A stretch of 63,722 bases of DNA, filler included, from Bigelowiella natans CCMP2755 (GCA_000320545.1; 6 parts of 6 records of this genome joined end to end with filler, not necessarily neighbours in it); one strand, 5' to 3'; numbered from the whole stretch's first letter, positions 12,033 to 25,941 are shown. Made by a program: numbers and translations. The notes: generated by a model not told the origin, from the letters alone.

Positions 12033-13259
12033 ATTCAGGATTCAATGCCATGACATCAAGGAACACAACCATGACAATTCCGTTGAAGACGAAGTGTGAA
12101 CTCATGACAGATGTCGAATCTGGTGGAAGCGTTCTGCACCGTGGCTCTGCACCCAACATGGTGTCATTTAGGTGCGATTTGTCCGCATGGCACTTTTAAA
12201 TGTGTGCACCTTGCTAGCTTGTCACAGAGTCCTGCACGTCATCACCATGCATCGATCGAGCTCGGTGTGTTGTTAGGTTTCCAACTGCATGATGGGTGTG
12301 CTTGCATGCGTGTTGTGTGTGCTTGCCAGCTTGGCATGCATGTGTGCACTGCGATGTTCGATGACAATGTTGATGCCGCGTGCTTGCATTGCACATCCAC
12401 GCTGCCGCTGCCAACATGGTGGACTGTCAGCGTTGTCATGGTTCTGCCATCGCGCTGATGCGCTGATTGCGCCTCCGCACAGCCGCTGAAACGCTCACGC
12501 GCACTCTGCAAGGTGACCTGCGAGGTCCATGGCACGTGCACACACGTTCACAATTGAACTGCGTTTCGCACTTTGCAAGTGTCATTCAACACTTTCTAGC
12601 TTTAGGAGCGTGGTCGGTCAACACTGTTTTTCCCTTCTTGGTTCTTGCCTGTTTGCATGCATTGAGTGTTGAAGTGAACGTGAACCACAATGGTAACCTT
12701 GAACATTGAATCACATTCCCTCATTCACATGTGATTGTTCATTGCATCAAACATTGAACATTGAACGTTGAACACTGAACCAAGCATTGGTGCAATCACA
12801 AATCACACGAGCACGAACCACGAGGGAGAATTGCAGCAACCAGTGAAAACGTGCGTCGACGAACAATGAACAATGAACAATGATCGTGTGGACTTGTGAG
12901 TCCATGTGCACTGCAGCCACACTTGGCAATTTTTGGTGCATGTGTCGTGGCCTGTTTGGTGCCTGTGTGGATGCGATGTGAACAGAGCACGTGTGCTTTT
13001 CAAGTGCATGTGGTGTGCGTGGGTGCACGTGTTCTCTTGCGCGCACGTGCCAGCACGCGTGTGGACTCACAAGTCCACGTGTGATGATGAACTGCATTTC
13101 GAAAACGTTGCAAGACGTTTGCAGTGTGCGAAGTGCAGTGCCTCGAACAGTGAACAACGAACAATGATGACAAACTGCACCACTCATCAAAACGTTGCAA
13201 GACACTTGCAGTGTGCGAAGTGCAGTGCCTCGAACTGACTTTGGTGAGAGGTCTGACCA

Positions 13260-13575
13260 GTGAAACCAGAAGGAATCAAGAATGGCATTCTGGCCATCGA
13301 GGAGCTTCAAGGTCTCATTTCAGGACTGAGAGATCTTCTCCTAGGACCAGGGGATCTTCTTCTCCGATCCCTCGGTCCACGACGGTCACGATCCCTTGAA
13401 TCGTCACGCCTGCGTTCTTTCGAACGTTTCCTTTCCGTTGAATCGTCGCATCGACGACGATCCTCTCATCGACATCTCTCATCAGCATCATCCAAAACAT
13501 CACGTCTGCGACGATCTTCTCGTTGTGTCAATTTGCTTCGAGAGATTCCTCGAACTGGCTTCAGGGAGGTCTAGC
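13260..13575 (-). pseudogene. Hypermutated fragment of an RS/RD-rich (splicing-factor-like) coding sequence between retroelement tails
   Basis: Minus-strand translation ...DDADERCR*EDRRRCDDSTERKRSKERRRDDSRDRDRRGPRDRRRRSPGPRRRSLSP, with an in-frame stop. Confidence 0.45.
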
Positions 13576-13584
13576 TGGTCGAGA

Positions 13585-14056
13585 ACAATGAACAATGAAC
13601 AATGAACAATGAACAATGAACAATGATGATGAACTGCATTTCCAAAATGTTGCAAGACATTTGCAGTGTGCGAAACGCAGTGCCTCGAACCAGCTTCAGT
13701 GAGGACTGCTGGACTGTGTTTTTTTCAAATTGGCACGATTCAGCCAATGTGAGACAATGCAGCTAGCAGCAATGTGGCGACGGCGCAAGGCATCCACTCT
13801 GAGTAGGAACTTCCTGAACGCTGTGTCTGCACGATGATCTGTGTTTGGATCATCCGAAGGAGCACCCAGCAAAACTTTGGTTTTGGTGGAGTCAGGAGCA
13901 TCAAAGAACGAACAACAGGCAGGAGAAGCTGGGCCCAGAGCTGCTCTCATGCTCGAGAAAAGTTCATTTCTCACAGCATTTGAGTGAGCACAATGATGGA
14001 TGAGGTGGTTGACACTTTGAACAACATCAGCATTGCAAAGAGGACAGACCGAGGAA
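13585..14056 (-). mobile_element. 5'-truncated non-LTR retrotransposon (LINE) 3' end, copy A, with (CATTGTT)n tail
   Basis: CPLCNADVVQSVNHLIHHC is a C-x2-C-x9-H-x4-C knuckle typical of LINE ORF2 C-termini. It is followed by a short 3' UTR and a heptamer tail, and is homologous to 31851-32320. Extra 3'-UTR copies at ~13085-13150 and ~13165-13235. Confidence 0.7.
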
Positions 14057-14387
14057 GAGGGGGGCAGATTGCAAATTTCAGCCCTGAGACGATTCAATGG
14101 TGCAACATTTCTGCAAGAAGGAGGCCTATTTTCATCCTGCGACAAGGATGTTATTGTTGTCGCTCTAGGATGCAATTCGGATCCGCATCGGAGGTACGAG
14201 CACTCCCCTTCCGCTCCCGAAAATGACAAGCTTTGCTTCTTACCCTCCTCCTAGTTGATGAATCAATCCTGAATGTGAGAAAATTCAGGGATTCCCTGGA
14301 AGATCTGGACCCTTGTTCAGAAGAGCAGGTGGGACACGATGCAGTTTTTGCAAAGTTGACACTCTGAGTCTGCAGAGACGGACAAGA

Positions 14388-15356
14388 ATGGAAAAGGCTT
14401 TGAAGCGCGATCTTGCCAATGTTCTTGAAGTAGTCCCTCAAATACACGAGGCCATTTTCGGCTCATCGCTTGATCAGGGTTCTGCTGCACCAGTTAAAAT
14501 TCAAGCTGTGTACACCCAAGCGGCAAATGGTTTTCTCGCAACGAAATTGGATATTTCCGATTTGTCGGAGATAATTCAACTCAGTGTTGAAGTTTTCGGT
14601 GCATCCAAATATTCCAAAAGCGAATGGATTCGAAGATACCGCGAGCACAACGGCTGCATCGTGGGTGTGCGCACCGTGGAAGACAACCTGGAGTCCGGTG
14701 TTCGAGAGATTGATGACAGCAATGAAGAGACCAAAATAGCCATAAGAAGAAAGGGTAAAATCGTTTGCTTCATCATGGCGATAGAGAGAAGATTTGAGCA
14801 CAACATCAACAGCATAGATTCTCCCTTATTCCTGCACATTTGGATGGCCGCAACCCACCCGGAGTACCGCAAACGTGGTCTATTTTCTCGGTGCTACGCC
14901 ATGATTGAGGACATTGCTAGGAAGCGGGGATGCAAGGGCATGACCCTTAATACGTATCCCTCCAAATTTCCACAGATGTATCGTCTTGCTACGAATCGCT
15001 TGGAGATGAAAATTGTTGGGGAGTCTCCAGCGTTCAATTCGCACCTTACTCTAATTGGCCAACATTTGAAAGTAGATCAAACTTCTACATCCGAAGAGGC
15101 TAAAAAGAAGCAGCAGCAAAAGCAGCCCTCTCATCCGTTGGATGGAAAAGTTAAGGGGGTAAGCTCTTGTGTAGCGACAGGGACGATAAATGGAAAAGTG
15201 TGTCTGAGGAAATATTTGTTCCCACGTACTAGAATCAATCAAAATGTAAACTCAAATCTATACACATACACGTCTGAAGCTTTAGACAGTAGTGAAGAAT
15301 GCGTAGCATCTAGAGTACAGCATCGCAGGGGTAGCGGCGGCGGTGGAGACAAATAG
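14388..15356 (+). CDS. GNAT-family N-acetyltransferase; start uncertain
   Basis: Long intron-free ORF with acetyl-CoA motif A LHIWMAATHPEYRKRGLFS and KRGCKGMTLNT. Confidence 0.8.
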   Translation: MEKALKRDLANVLEVVPQIHEAIFGSSLDQGSAAPVKIQAVYTQAANGFLATKLDISDLSEIIQLSVEVFGASKYSKSEWIRRYREHNGCIVGVRTVEDNLESGVREIDDSNEETKIAIRRKGKIVCFIMAIERRFEHNINSIDSPLFLHIWMAATHPEYRKRGLFSRCYAMIEDIARKRGCKGMTLNTYPSKFPQMYRLATNRLEMKIVGESPAFNSHLTLIGQHLKVDQTSTSEEAKKKQQQKQPSHPLDGKVKGVSSCVATGTINGKVCLRKYLFPRTRINQNVNSNLYTYTSEALDSSEECVASRVQHRRGSGGGGDK

Positions 15357-16065
15357 ATGTGAGGTCTGAGGCTGATGTATATCAGTAAATCTGGAGATCC
15401 AGTAGATTCTGCTCGTAACAACTAATGTAGTCTAGTGTTAATGGATTATTCCAGAGAGCGCAACGCAATAAGCGGGAAGATCTAATGATTTTCCCATTCT
15501 TGTGTGCAATTTTATTTGCAGAGCTAGAGTTAGGCGATATCGAGACATGTATAGATGTATAGCTAGATAGCTGTAGTAGGAGGACAACAAACATTATACG
15601 TACAGCTTTCGATGTAAAAGTATCTATAGCTATACATTTCGGCGATGACAGTGTGCTGTTGAAGCGCGATACATCTGTCGTGCAAATGCATGTTTGTCGA
15701 GATGTGTGTGCTCTGCTGTTGCTATCATTTACGTATGATGCAGGGGCTATATGCTAAAGTAGAAAAATATAGGCGGTTTTTCAGCTTTCAACACAGCATG
15801 ATTCGATAGAATTAGCTTTCAAACTAAAAGTGTACTGCAATTTACTCTTATTTAACGTACACATGTGCGCATCTACATATACCAAGGCATTGGTGAGGAC
15901 ACATAGAGCATAGCAACCATTGCGATAATGGAGGACTGTAACAACGAATTCCATGACGCTATTATTAAATACTTGATACTGTCTTCGCATGTTTCAAAAT
16001 GAGAATTTGTTAAATAGGCAGATGTAACATCCCAGATGAAAGATGGAGCAGAGTCTATAGGTTTC

Positions 16066-18890
16066 TCAACACACGGCTTTGTGGGAAGCCCATTCTGCAA
16101 TAAGCTGGGTATCGAATTGATTCTCCAGAGCGGATCGCAGTTCACCTTTCAATGGTGAGGAGGATGAGGTTGGAAGTTGGAAAATGATTAGGTATGACTG
16201 TAGATTGAAAGCGTATTTGCGATTCAACGAAAACATTTTATATCTACCCACCCCAATTCTTGATCATTTCATCCACGTGCTTCGTGTGCATCTTCTCATA
16301 CTGGGATACAACTCCTATTGGTCTGATTAATATCCCACAACATACATATATGATCATTTGGAATGTTCTCTCGCGTGCTTGCATAGAGTTCAGGAAACTT
16401 GCTTCGAGAAGTTTGCAACATCGTCATTATCATCACCGCCGTTATCACCAATAAACATCTTCATCATCATAAAACGCATTTATCTGTCTGTGTGCCCTCA
16501 CGTCTTGAGCTTCAGGAAGTTCTGGATCATTGACAGTTGCTGAACTTCTTTATCACAGAAATCCTGAAAAGCGAAAGGGGGGAAGGGGGGGCATAAATAA
16601 CATGTTCAAATTCCTTCTCATGGATCAGGAAAGAGTACGATTCTCTACCTCATACTTCAATTTGATGACAAGGGAAGGCTTGACCAGCTTCAGAAACTCA
16701 GCTCGAGTCTCCTCGTGCCTTCCGTGTCTGATATTAGAATTGGGAGGGGTGATGATAAATCGCAATCGGTGATTATATGGTGATGAAGATATTGCTGCAC
16801 AGGTGAGGATGGCGACAGTCTTATACAATCTCAATTTTGGGTTTTGCGATTGTTTGTTCAGATGATTGCTCATAAGTCTCGATCAAAAGACGGTGTTATA
16901 TGCAAAAATAGGAGGTCGAAGGGGGGGGGGGGGTAGGGAAGGGGACTACCTTGCAATACAATTGCTTATGTAGTCAATAGGAACAACATAACGCTTATCA
17001 TCACTGAACGACTTCTGATTGAATCAATTGTGAGCAGGAGCAGCCACATATTCTTTAATTGGAGGTTCAGGGTTGATTCCAGGTGAGTTCATTAGTGCGA
17101 CCAAAAAGCAACGAAGCATGATTAACTCTCTTACAGGGAGGAGAAGACGGCATAATACCCGATTCGGATGCTTTTCAGCCTCGATGGAACTCTTCTGATT
17201 CACCATACCCGCGGCGTGGCGCTGGCTCATGTCATAGAGAGAAAAGCACCTTCGGAGCGCGTTCATACGTTCTGCAAAGAATATATATCTCGCTCATCAA
17301 AAGCACGATGAGTAAGGGGAACAAGCAAGTTTACGAATCGAGATGATCTTGATATTCTTTTCATTGATAAACTTCGCGAAGGACTCGATGCTCTTGTGGG
17401 AAGCTCGAACGTCACCAGCCTGACGAAATGTTTATTATTCGATGGTTAGGGACATCCCCCATGAAAAAATGCATTAGTATACACATTTACCAGCTGATTC
17501 ATGTGCCATTTGACTCCAATATATGTCGCCTAATAACGATTTGTAAGTGGAGGAAGATTTCATTTGGGAAGACAGCTGACATAAAATATGGTTATCACGT
17601 TGGAGTCAGGTGGATTCGTGAGCACTTTAAGAAGCTGTGTGGTAAGTGGTGTAGTTTTTTGCAAGACGAAGTCCTGAAAGGGAACATCCTCAATTTAGAG
17701 TTGGTATGTTTCCAACAAAATATTGAACCTTATCAGTGTGGGAGATGCAGTGCTGGAGATCATCCTTGCTTCTGGGAGTGAAATTACAAGAAATGTGTGG
17801 ATGTTGTGGGGAGCAAATTCTTCGTCTGTGGGGTGTTACTTGAAGCATTTTCCGTTGTGAAAGTAAATTTCAGGGTTCCTATGTAGTAGGTTGCCTGCAA
17901 GAAAGGGTCATTCCCAGGAGGAATATCGTGAATTTGACATCATTAAAAAAGAATTGCATTTTTCAGTACCAATCCATGTACTTCCTGTTCGAGGAAGGGT
18001 GAGCAGGATGAAACGATTCACATCGGCTGCTAGCCTGAAATTTATCCAAATAACATGGCTGTATGCACGCGTGCGTGCTCACAGCGTGTCCTTCTCTACC
18101 TCTCTGTCTTTCGCAAGCTTTTGCCTTGCAAGCCATCCCCGCTTCTGAGTGTCAGACTGGTCTCTGGGGGACACCAAATAACCGAAGAATCAGAAAAGTT
18201 GATCTCAAAAATAGGTTTTTTAGCGAGCCACCTTGAGTCCAATGTGCATCAGCAAAGAGGGGGAGCAGCAAGAGGAGAAGGGACATCGGAAATCAATTTG
18301 GGTATCCAGCCTCCTGGCAGGTGAAAACGCAGCGGATCTACAAATAAATATCAATATTTCTTTCAGTCGCACGACTAATTTACCTTCGATTTCAGGGCAC
18401 TTTCGAAGGAGATACCAAGGAAAATTTTCCAAAAAAGCAAGCAGAAAATACTTTCCTACGACATACCTGCATGTTGTTTTTCTGAGCTCTGCACATGGGG
18501 TTCACAAAAAGCGTCAACATCGGATGTGGTTTTCCTACTGCGACAACTACCTTCTGCGAGGATCTGGCGGGAATGTGCTGGGTTGCGCTGCAAAGTGATC
18601 GCTACGAAGTGAGCAGTCGCATCCCAAATTCCGGTTGGCAATGCGAGTCGTGTGTAAGTCGCAGGCTATATTGTTTGAGTTTTTAAGTAAAGATTTTGAT
18701 GGCAAACTTTCGTAAATTCTTACCTTTCTGCAAACACAAACTTCAATTAGGAGAAGAGGCTTACCCCTGCCTCCCCATCCCCTTCCTCCAGCGAGGCCAG
18801 GAGGGAACGCGGAGGTGAGATAAATTTGCGAATTCGCTGATTCGCGAGCGTTTTTCGCAGGTTGTACCTCGTTTTTATTCTCGACGGGCA
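16066..18890 (-). CDS. Stf0-like sulfotransferase, multi-exon; start approximate
   Basis: PAPS-binding loop RFILLTLPRTGSTW (~17970-18015), then NLLHRNPEIYFHN, IGVKWHMNQL, NIKIISI/ERMNALRRCFS and C-terminal KHVDEMIKNW/GELRSAL. Confidence 0.65.
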
Positions 18891-19026
18891 TCATTAGTCG
18901 CCCGCAAACGAAGGAGTTGATCCCCGCGCGCAAAATAAGACGCATTAGAAAGAGAAGCATCCCCCAAAGTGATCGATTTGTTCCGATTAATGTTACAAAG
19001 GTGGCACGAAGATTGTGACTGTCAGG

Positions 19027-21680
19027 ATGGAAATTTCTTCGTCCGCACCGTTGTCATCACAATCTTCGAACGCGCAAAGGACCCATCATGACGACCATCG
19101 GTTCTGCACCATTTGCCTAGAGCACGATGCAAATGCTGCTGAGGCGGGGCTGGACTCCTGCACCCATCGATTCCAGTGAGAGCCTTTAGAATTTTTTGCG
19201 TTGTCGAATATGAAGGAGAGAAGAAAGAGAGATCCAAGTCATCCGGTATATTAACTCAATCCTCAACAACAAATCGATTAGTACGAATTGTATTCGGGAG
19301 TGGGCAGAAAAAGGCAACAATAAGTGCCCTCTGTGTCAGGTAGCAGCTTGCTCCATTATTTTGCTCGAAATACTCCCCACATTACGATTGCCTGCCAATG
19401 ATTCAATCATCAAATCCATCATCATCACGCAAATGACGAACGAATGACCGACCGAACGACCGAATCATAATTATTCCTCCATAGACCCGATTCAAGAGTA
19501 TTGATTATCGTAGCTCCTATACGAGAAGAAAGCGCAAGATTAGGTACATTGGCGTGCATAGTAGTAGGGTTATCTCTCATTAAATGTTTGTGTCATTGAT
19601 TGGCGTTCTTATTCTTATTCTGTCGTCCCCCGCACCCCTCTCTTCACTGTCTCGGCCGAAGCGTCTCATTTAAGGATCTTGACATTGATTCTGACTCTGA
19701 TGATGAAAATGAGGTGATGCTGTTTTTGGAGAGGGGTTATTGGGAGACAGCGCGGGGAGCTGTTAATCATGTTTGTTGTTCTGCGACACGGCTATGAACA
19801 CCGGATTGCGGGACAAAGTACCATCTCTGCAGCGTCGATGTTATTCCTACAGAAGCACACACACGCATACACACACACACACACCACCCGCATCTATCTA
19901 ACCTCGTCAAATATATTTCGATTTAGTGTCAAGAGTGTTCGGAGGATCTCCGAGGCATTGATCCCGAAGCTGTCGTTCAGTGCATAATCTGCAGCAAGCT
20001 GTGGCATAAACGGTAGTACTAGCAAAACTAATGTTGTTGTTATGGTGAGGATTATTATTTAGAGCTACATAGAAAGAATTCTATGCTGAAGCCCCTTTGT
20101 TTATTTCCCTCTCAGTTGTGTCGAGGATGGACCAGGAGGGGGGGGGGTAATCTCTCAGCAGTGGGCGTGCTCTTCCTGCTTGGAGTCGCAGCGACAATCA
20201 ATGGCTCTCTTCCGAGAGTGTTCCCTGTCGTCTTCATCTTCAGCGTCAACTTCGGCACCCATCCCTTCAGCCGAGAAAGCGTACAGCGCCATCGATCACG
20301 ATGATCATCACCACCACCACAACCCCAACAAGAGGAGGAGGACAATCACCAATCAGGACTTGGACGGGAAGCAAATCGTGGCGCAGGCGCAGCCGCTCAG
20401 TCGTTTTACCAGTAATAATCACAACATAATCGATCTGGCAGGAGAGAAGAAGGGCGCGTCCCTTCCATTAGACAGTACTACCACAAGCGCATCTTCTTCA
20501 GCTTTGCCGCCGCATGATGACGGTTCTTCACCAAGATCGTCATCGTCGTCATCATCATCATCGTCGTCGTCACCCTCAGGTTTTTCGTCTCCCCTCATCC
20601 TCAACAACCGCTCAAACAGCCGCAACTTCCTCGGGGACAAAGACAATGAAGAGGCGGCCTGCCCAGTTTCCGCCACGAGCAGTATTGCTGCCCCGCGGCA
20701 CATCGTCTCACACCCCACACTCAATGCTACATCGTCGTCGTTGTCGTTGTCGTTGCCGCGGTCAGGAAAGCGTGAGAAAACGCACAATCGGGAGAGGGAA
20801 ATAGCCGCCAGCAAGAGGAGTGAAGAGAAGAAGGAGGATAAGAAGAAGAAGAAGAAGAAGAAAAAGAAGAAGAAGAAGAAGGAGATGATGATGATGATGA
20901 TGAAGGGGGAGAATAAGCCTACCGCTGCACCCAACAGCAAATTCAGCGGCGGCAGCAGCAGCAGCACCGACATCAACGGGAACAGGGGCAGGACGATAAG
21001 CTCGGAGCTGATGGCAAAGATTCGAAGCAAAGGTTAGATTGTTGGTAGCCGTCTTCTCCTTACATTCCCATCATCGCTAACTACTCTTATGCTGCTGCTG
21101 CTGCTGCTGGTGGTGCTGCTGCTACTTAGGGCTAGGAGACTTCGGGGTGCTGCACAGCAGCAGCGGCACCAACAGCATCATACAGGAGGCCATGCGAGAG
21201 GCGGGTATGATGGACGACCCCTCCAAAGCGGCGACAGCTACCGTCTCTGTCCAGATCGCCATCGAGCGGTCCCTGATGATGGAGAACTGGAGTTGCGGCT
21301 ACTGCACGTTCGTCAATACGAAGTCAACCTACCTGTGCTGCGAGATGTGCGGCCACCCGAGAGCTGTGGGAGGGGAGGTGGTGCACACGAAGAAGAAGAA
21401 GCAGAAGAAAAAGGAGGAGGAGGAGGAGGAGAATGATGCCAAAACAATGAAGAGAAGCGCCAGGATGTCATCATCCTCCACAATAACGACGACCCAGCAG
21501 CCCCGTCGCTTTCAAGATAGGGATGTCATGAGAAATGAAAAGGAGGAGGAGGAGGAGAAAGATGACCCTGGGAATGATGACAATGAGCCCGACGGCGACT
21601 ACAATGATGATCATAGTGATAGTTATAATGATAATGATGACGAAGATTTTGAGGAAGATTTGTTCGACGACATGGATTGA
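19027..21680 (+). CDS. RING + PHD + low-complexity + RanBP2-type zinc-finger protein, putative E3 ligase
   Basis: Spliced CTICLE...SCTHRFH/TNCIREW...KCPLCQ (RING); CQECSE...QCIICSKLWHKR/C...WACSSC (PHD); WSCGYCTFVN...CEMC (RanBP2); acidic tail. Confidence 0.8.
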
Positions 21681-22294
21681 TTGGCAAGGGAGGAGGACCA
21701 AGCAATAGAATAATTATAGGAGCAGCTTCGAGGAGTCGAAGAAGGAAATAACCTTTATTTAGTCCGTATCGCAACCTATATATGTACATGTCTTCATAAA
21801 GAAATGAAGGATCCCATTTTATCATAACAGGGGAATGAAGCGATTTGATTATAATTTTAAATCGTGATATGTTAGACGGATGTAATGATGTGATTAAATC
21901 TTTAAATCGTATTACGGCATCGACCAAGCCATACCTGTGCTGCATTATTTCGAGGCGATGCTCTTTGTCGCGCCTTCGGTTTGTACAGCTTGGCTTATGC
22001 ATGTGATCGATGCGACTGATGCACTCTGCTAGCCGCAGCTAGCTAGCTAGTGATGGCGAGCAATGTACAGACAATAAGCATTGTGTTTCTTGTGCTACTA
22101 AATTGTGCGCACTTGCATCATTGCAACAATAACAATGCTGATCGCATTCGCAGCACGATGCGATGTCTGGATGTGACATGCGTGTCTATATTGCTGCTAG
22201 CAAAGTATAGTAAGTAGAGTAACGATGCTTTGCACACGTTACATTAAGCATCATAGCAATTTCTGCTATTTTATCGGGCGCTAATGAATCACTT

Positions 22295-23082
22295 CTAAAA
22301 TCCCATTTCTTTCACAAGATCCAAGTAGCTGGGAGCAGGTGCAGCATTTTTGGTTTCCTTCTGTGGTAGGTGATACTCGGATGAGACAACGTTGGGCCGC
22401 AAACGCTACCATCCATCATCATTCGTACTTCCGTGTTAGATGTGTGTGTGTGTGAGTGTGTGTGTGTTTTTGTGTGTGTGTGCATGGTGTGCCTAACACG
22501 ATGCGTTTATGGGCTCGAGTACGTCACGCAATTCGCAGTAAGAAAAATCACAACGAGTGGCACGATCGCACTACTAGTACCTTCTTCTTCCCCCCCTGCT
22601 CCGTTTTGTTTGCTTCCCCGACTTCCTCCTTCTTAAGTCGTACTGGCTTTTCGAACCCAAAGACGATGTGGAGAGTGTCGAGCGAGTCGTAGATCTCGCT
22701 GAGAGCGGCGTTCCTACCAGAGAAGAGGGGATGCAAACAACACGTGTATGAGCTCAGATATCAAACAAGAACACAAACGCGCACACCCACACCCGCCCAT
22801 CAACTCTGCCGTTATCATCATATGTTATCATCTGAATCTCCATCATCATCATCGTCATCATCATCGTCATCATCATCATCATGTATCGATCACGTAGCAG
22901 TAGCATTTTTTCGTACAACTTAAAAAGGTTCCTACCATGACGTTTCTGCTAACTTTTCCAGGACGGTATCAAATCCTCCCTCCTCCTCGTCGCCGCCACC
23001 CTCAAGGTCTTCAAACTACACAGAGCAATTATTAATTGAAAAATCCCTCAAATCACATCCTGAGTGAGGCAGATGATGATAC

Positions 23083-23120
<38 letters not shown>

Positions 23121-25075
23121 TAGTTGATATGACTTGCAGTCGCACTTCCGCTACAAAACGCACGAGTCGATATCTTTTGATTGGTTCTCCCTTCTTCTCC
23201 CCTTCCCTCCATCCCCCCCCTCTACCTCCACTATTATAACACAACGACTACGCCTCTACATCTAGCACACCTCATCCTCCAAGACAAGCAACTGCGAGTA
23301 CATCTCTTCGGCAATCGTGCTGCGGACCTGTTTGTGTAGGACAAATATATACATATATATATATATATATATATTTATTTATTTTATATTTATGTAATTC
23401 GAAGGTTGTGCGATGAGCACCGTCTATACCTTCGGGTATGCGTGTTCCAGGAGCGCCAAGCATTTACGAATGGCGAGATTTCGCGCCAGACCTGGCGAAA
23501 GACAGCAGCAGCACTGTAAGACAACGATGGCGGGGGTGGAGAGGGTAGGGAGGGGAGAGAATTGCATCTTCCTTCACCACCATCATCACAATCAACAACA
23601 CTTCTTCTTCTTCTTGTTCTTGTTCATCTTCGTGGACATACCAGGGAAGGCCAGAACTCCCAGGTAAACACGCCCCCCGGCCAGCAGCAGGTTGACATCC
23701 TAGAAAGTCGCAGCAAGGATCAGCAATCGTCGTGCTCACATGCGCGGATGGACTCGGTGATAACGATGGAATAGCTATGACGTTGTTGTTGCTGCTGCTG
23801 CTGCTGTCGATGATTATGATGATGATTCGGTCGTGGTAGCACATTGACGTATGCGACGCGACTGTTCGCAGCTTCAAGATTCATCAGCATTGCTCGTATC
23901 ATTATCATCATTCTTATCATCATCACACGCGGTTTGTCAGTTCCCACGCAACGGCGTCGTGCGCGCTATCGATCACCTCGGTGCTCCCAAGCTCGGTGCT
24001 TATGGTTTTGACGAGTTTCAATCCCCACCTTGCCCCCTGCATTTGTGTGCGGGTCAGATGCGGGAATGATGACGATATGGTGATGACGGTGATGATGATG
24101 ATGATGATACGGTGGTGAGATCTTCCATGGTGGTGGCGGGGGGGGGGTGACGACCGATGCATGCATATACTGCGCTCACCTCTCCCATCTTGCCTTCTTC
24201 GATTAGAATCTGCAGTATTGGTGACAACGACGACGACGATGATGATGACGATGATAACGATGATAATTGCAGTGATTGCTCTCACCGCACACTCGATTTG
24301 TGGACCGTGTATAAGCCTTCCATCACACACAATTCATTGCCCCCCCCCCCTTGCTAATGAATACTAGATGGATTATGAGGAGGAGTACCGAGAACGATTC
24401 CTCCTGAAGCAGCAGTGCGAGGGTCTTCATGACGTTTTGCGTGACTCGCCTCTCCCCTCGGTGTCTAGGAGGAAAAATGCAAAGAAATGGAGGAGAAGGA
24501 GGAGGGGGGGGGGGGGGCGAGGAAGAATTTAGGGCGATTTTCCCAGGATCGTCCCGGCCACATCTCGCACCTTCCTTTTCGATGTTGTGTCGTTGTTGTT
24601 GTTGTTGTTGTTATTGTTGTTATTGTTATTTCTAGAGTCCCTACGGCTAGCGCTACTACATCGCTACTGCTGATGCAAACACTACAACTGTACCTGGTCA
24701 ATATGTGGAGAATGTCCTCTGCCACGTTTCTCACTGCCTCGATCCCTGTGATGACGAAGACGAAGCCCACACACACACACACATACACACACACACACAC
24801 ACACAACACACACAGAGAAGGATAATTACATGTAAGACATTGGACACTCATAGATGCATCCAAATCGGAGGCGAAAATCGCACGAACTCCACCACCATCG
24901 ACATCGTCGTCGCCATCACAGGTAAGACTACTGTTCTCTACTGAAGTCATCTGCCACTGCATTACCACCTACATGCATGCGTACAAAGCATAGATCCGCA
25001 CCGTGTGTTTGCATAAACTGTTTCAGCGCCCCTCCCGCAGCACGGACCAGATGATCTGTGCGACTCCCAGCACTG
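22295..25075 (-). CDS. TBCD: Tubulin-folding cofactor D, C-terminal exons; 5' part lost at the gap
   Basis: Exons TDHLVRAAGGAL, ERRVTQNVMKTLALLL, IRKCLALLEHAYPK/VRSTIAEEMYSQLL, LAETSW and terminal SYLDLVKEMGF*. Confidence 0.8.
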
Positions 25076-25463
25076 AAGAAGGAAGAAAAGTAAAGGAAAG
25101 GAAAGGAGAGGGGGGGGGGGGGGGAACAACCGACCCGTACAATATTAGTAATAAGGGTGAGGAACAAGATTTTAATACCCATAAACCCCCACACACACAC
25201 GCGCGCGCGCGCGCATGTATATGTGTTCTAAATATATTTCGAATTTACGGGTCAATAAGGGTATGGGGCTCTAATATCGCTACTACAATACGCCCCCCCC
25301 CCCCNNNNNNNNNNNNNNNNNNNNNNNNNNNNNNNNNNNNNNNNNNNNTTAATTAATTAANNNNNNNNNNNNNNNNNNNNNNNNNNNNNNNNNNNNNNNN
25401 NNNNCATTTCTGAGAGATTTTGCGGCTGTGTTCTACTGAAACAGTGATCATGATATTTGTACA

Positions 25464-25519
<56 letters not shown>

Positions 25520-25679
25520 GTTGTGACAGACGGCATCATACGCGGCATGCATAAATATTATTGCGAATAATCGAGTAGCAGCGCATTGACGACCGAACGA
25601 TAGACGTTTCTGTGTAGGCCGATTAATGCAGGTGTGATCCGCCTGATTGACGATACGACATATACATATATCAAACATC

Positions 25680-25768
25680 GGCTCTCCAGGAGCGAAACTG
25701 CCGTCACCAGCTTGCTACAAACTAGTCTACTATTCACAAGCCCCCCTCCCCCCCTTTTTTACAACTGC

Positions 25769-25799
<31 letters not shown>

Positions 25800-25901
25800 A
25801 TTATTATTTTTATTGTTATTATTATTATTGATATTGTTATCGTCACCATCCTTATCCGGAAAGCAATCAACACAAACGCGCGCGCACACACACACACACA
25901 C

Positions 25902-25941
<40 letters not shown>

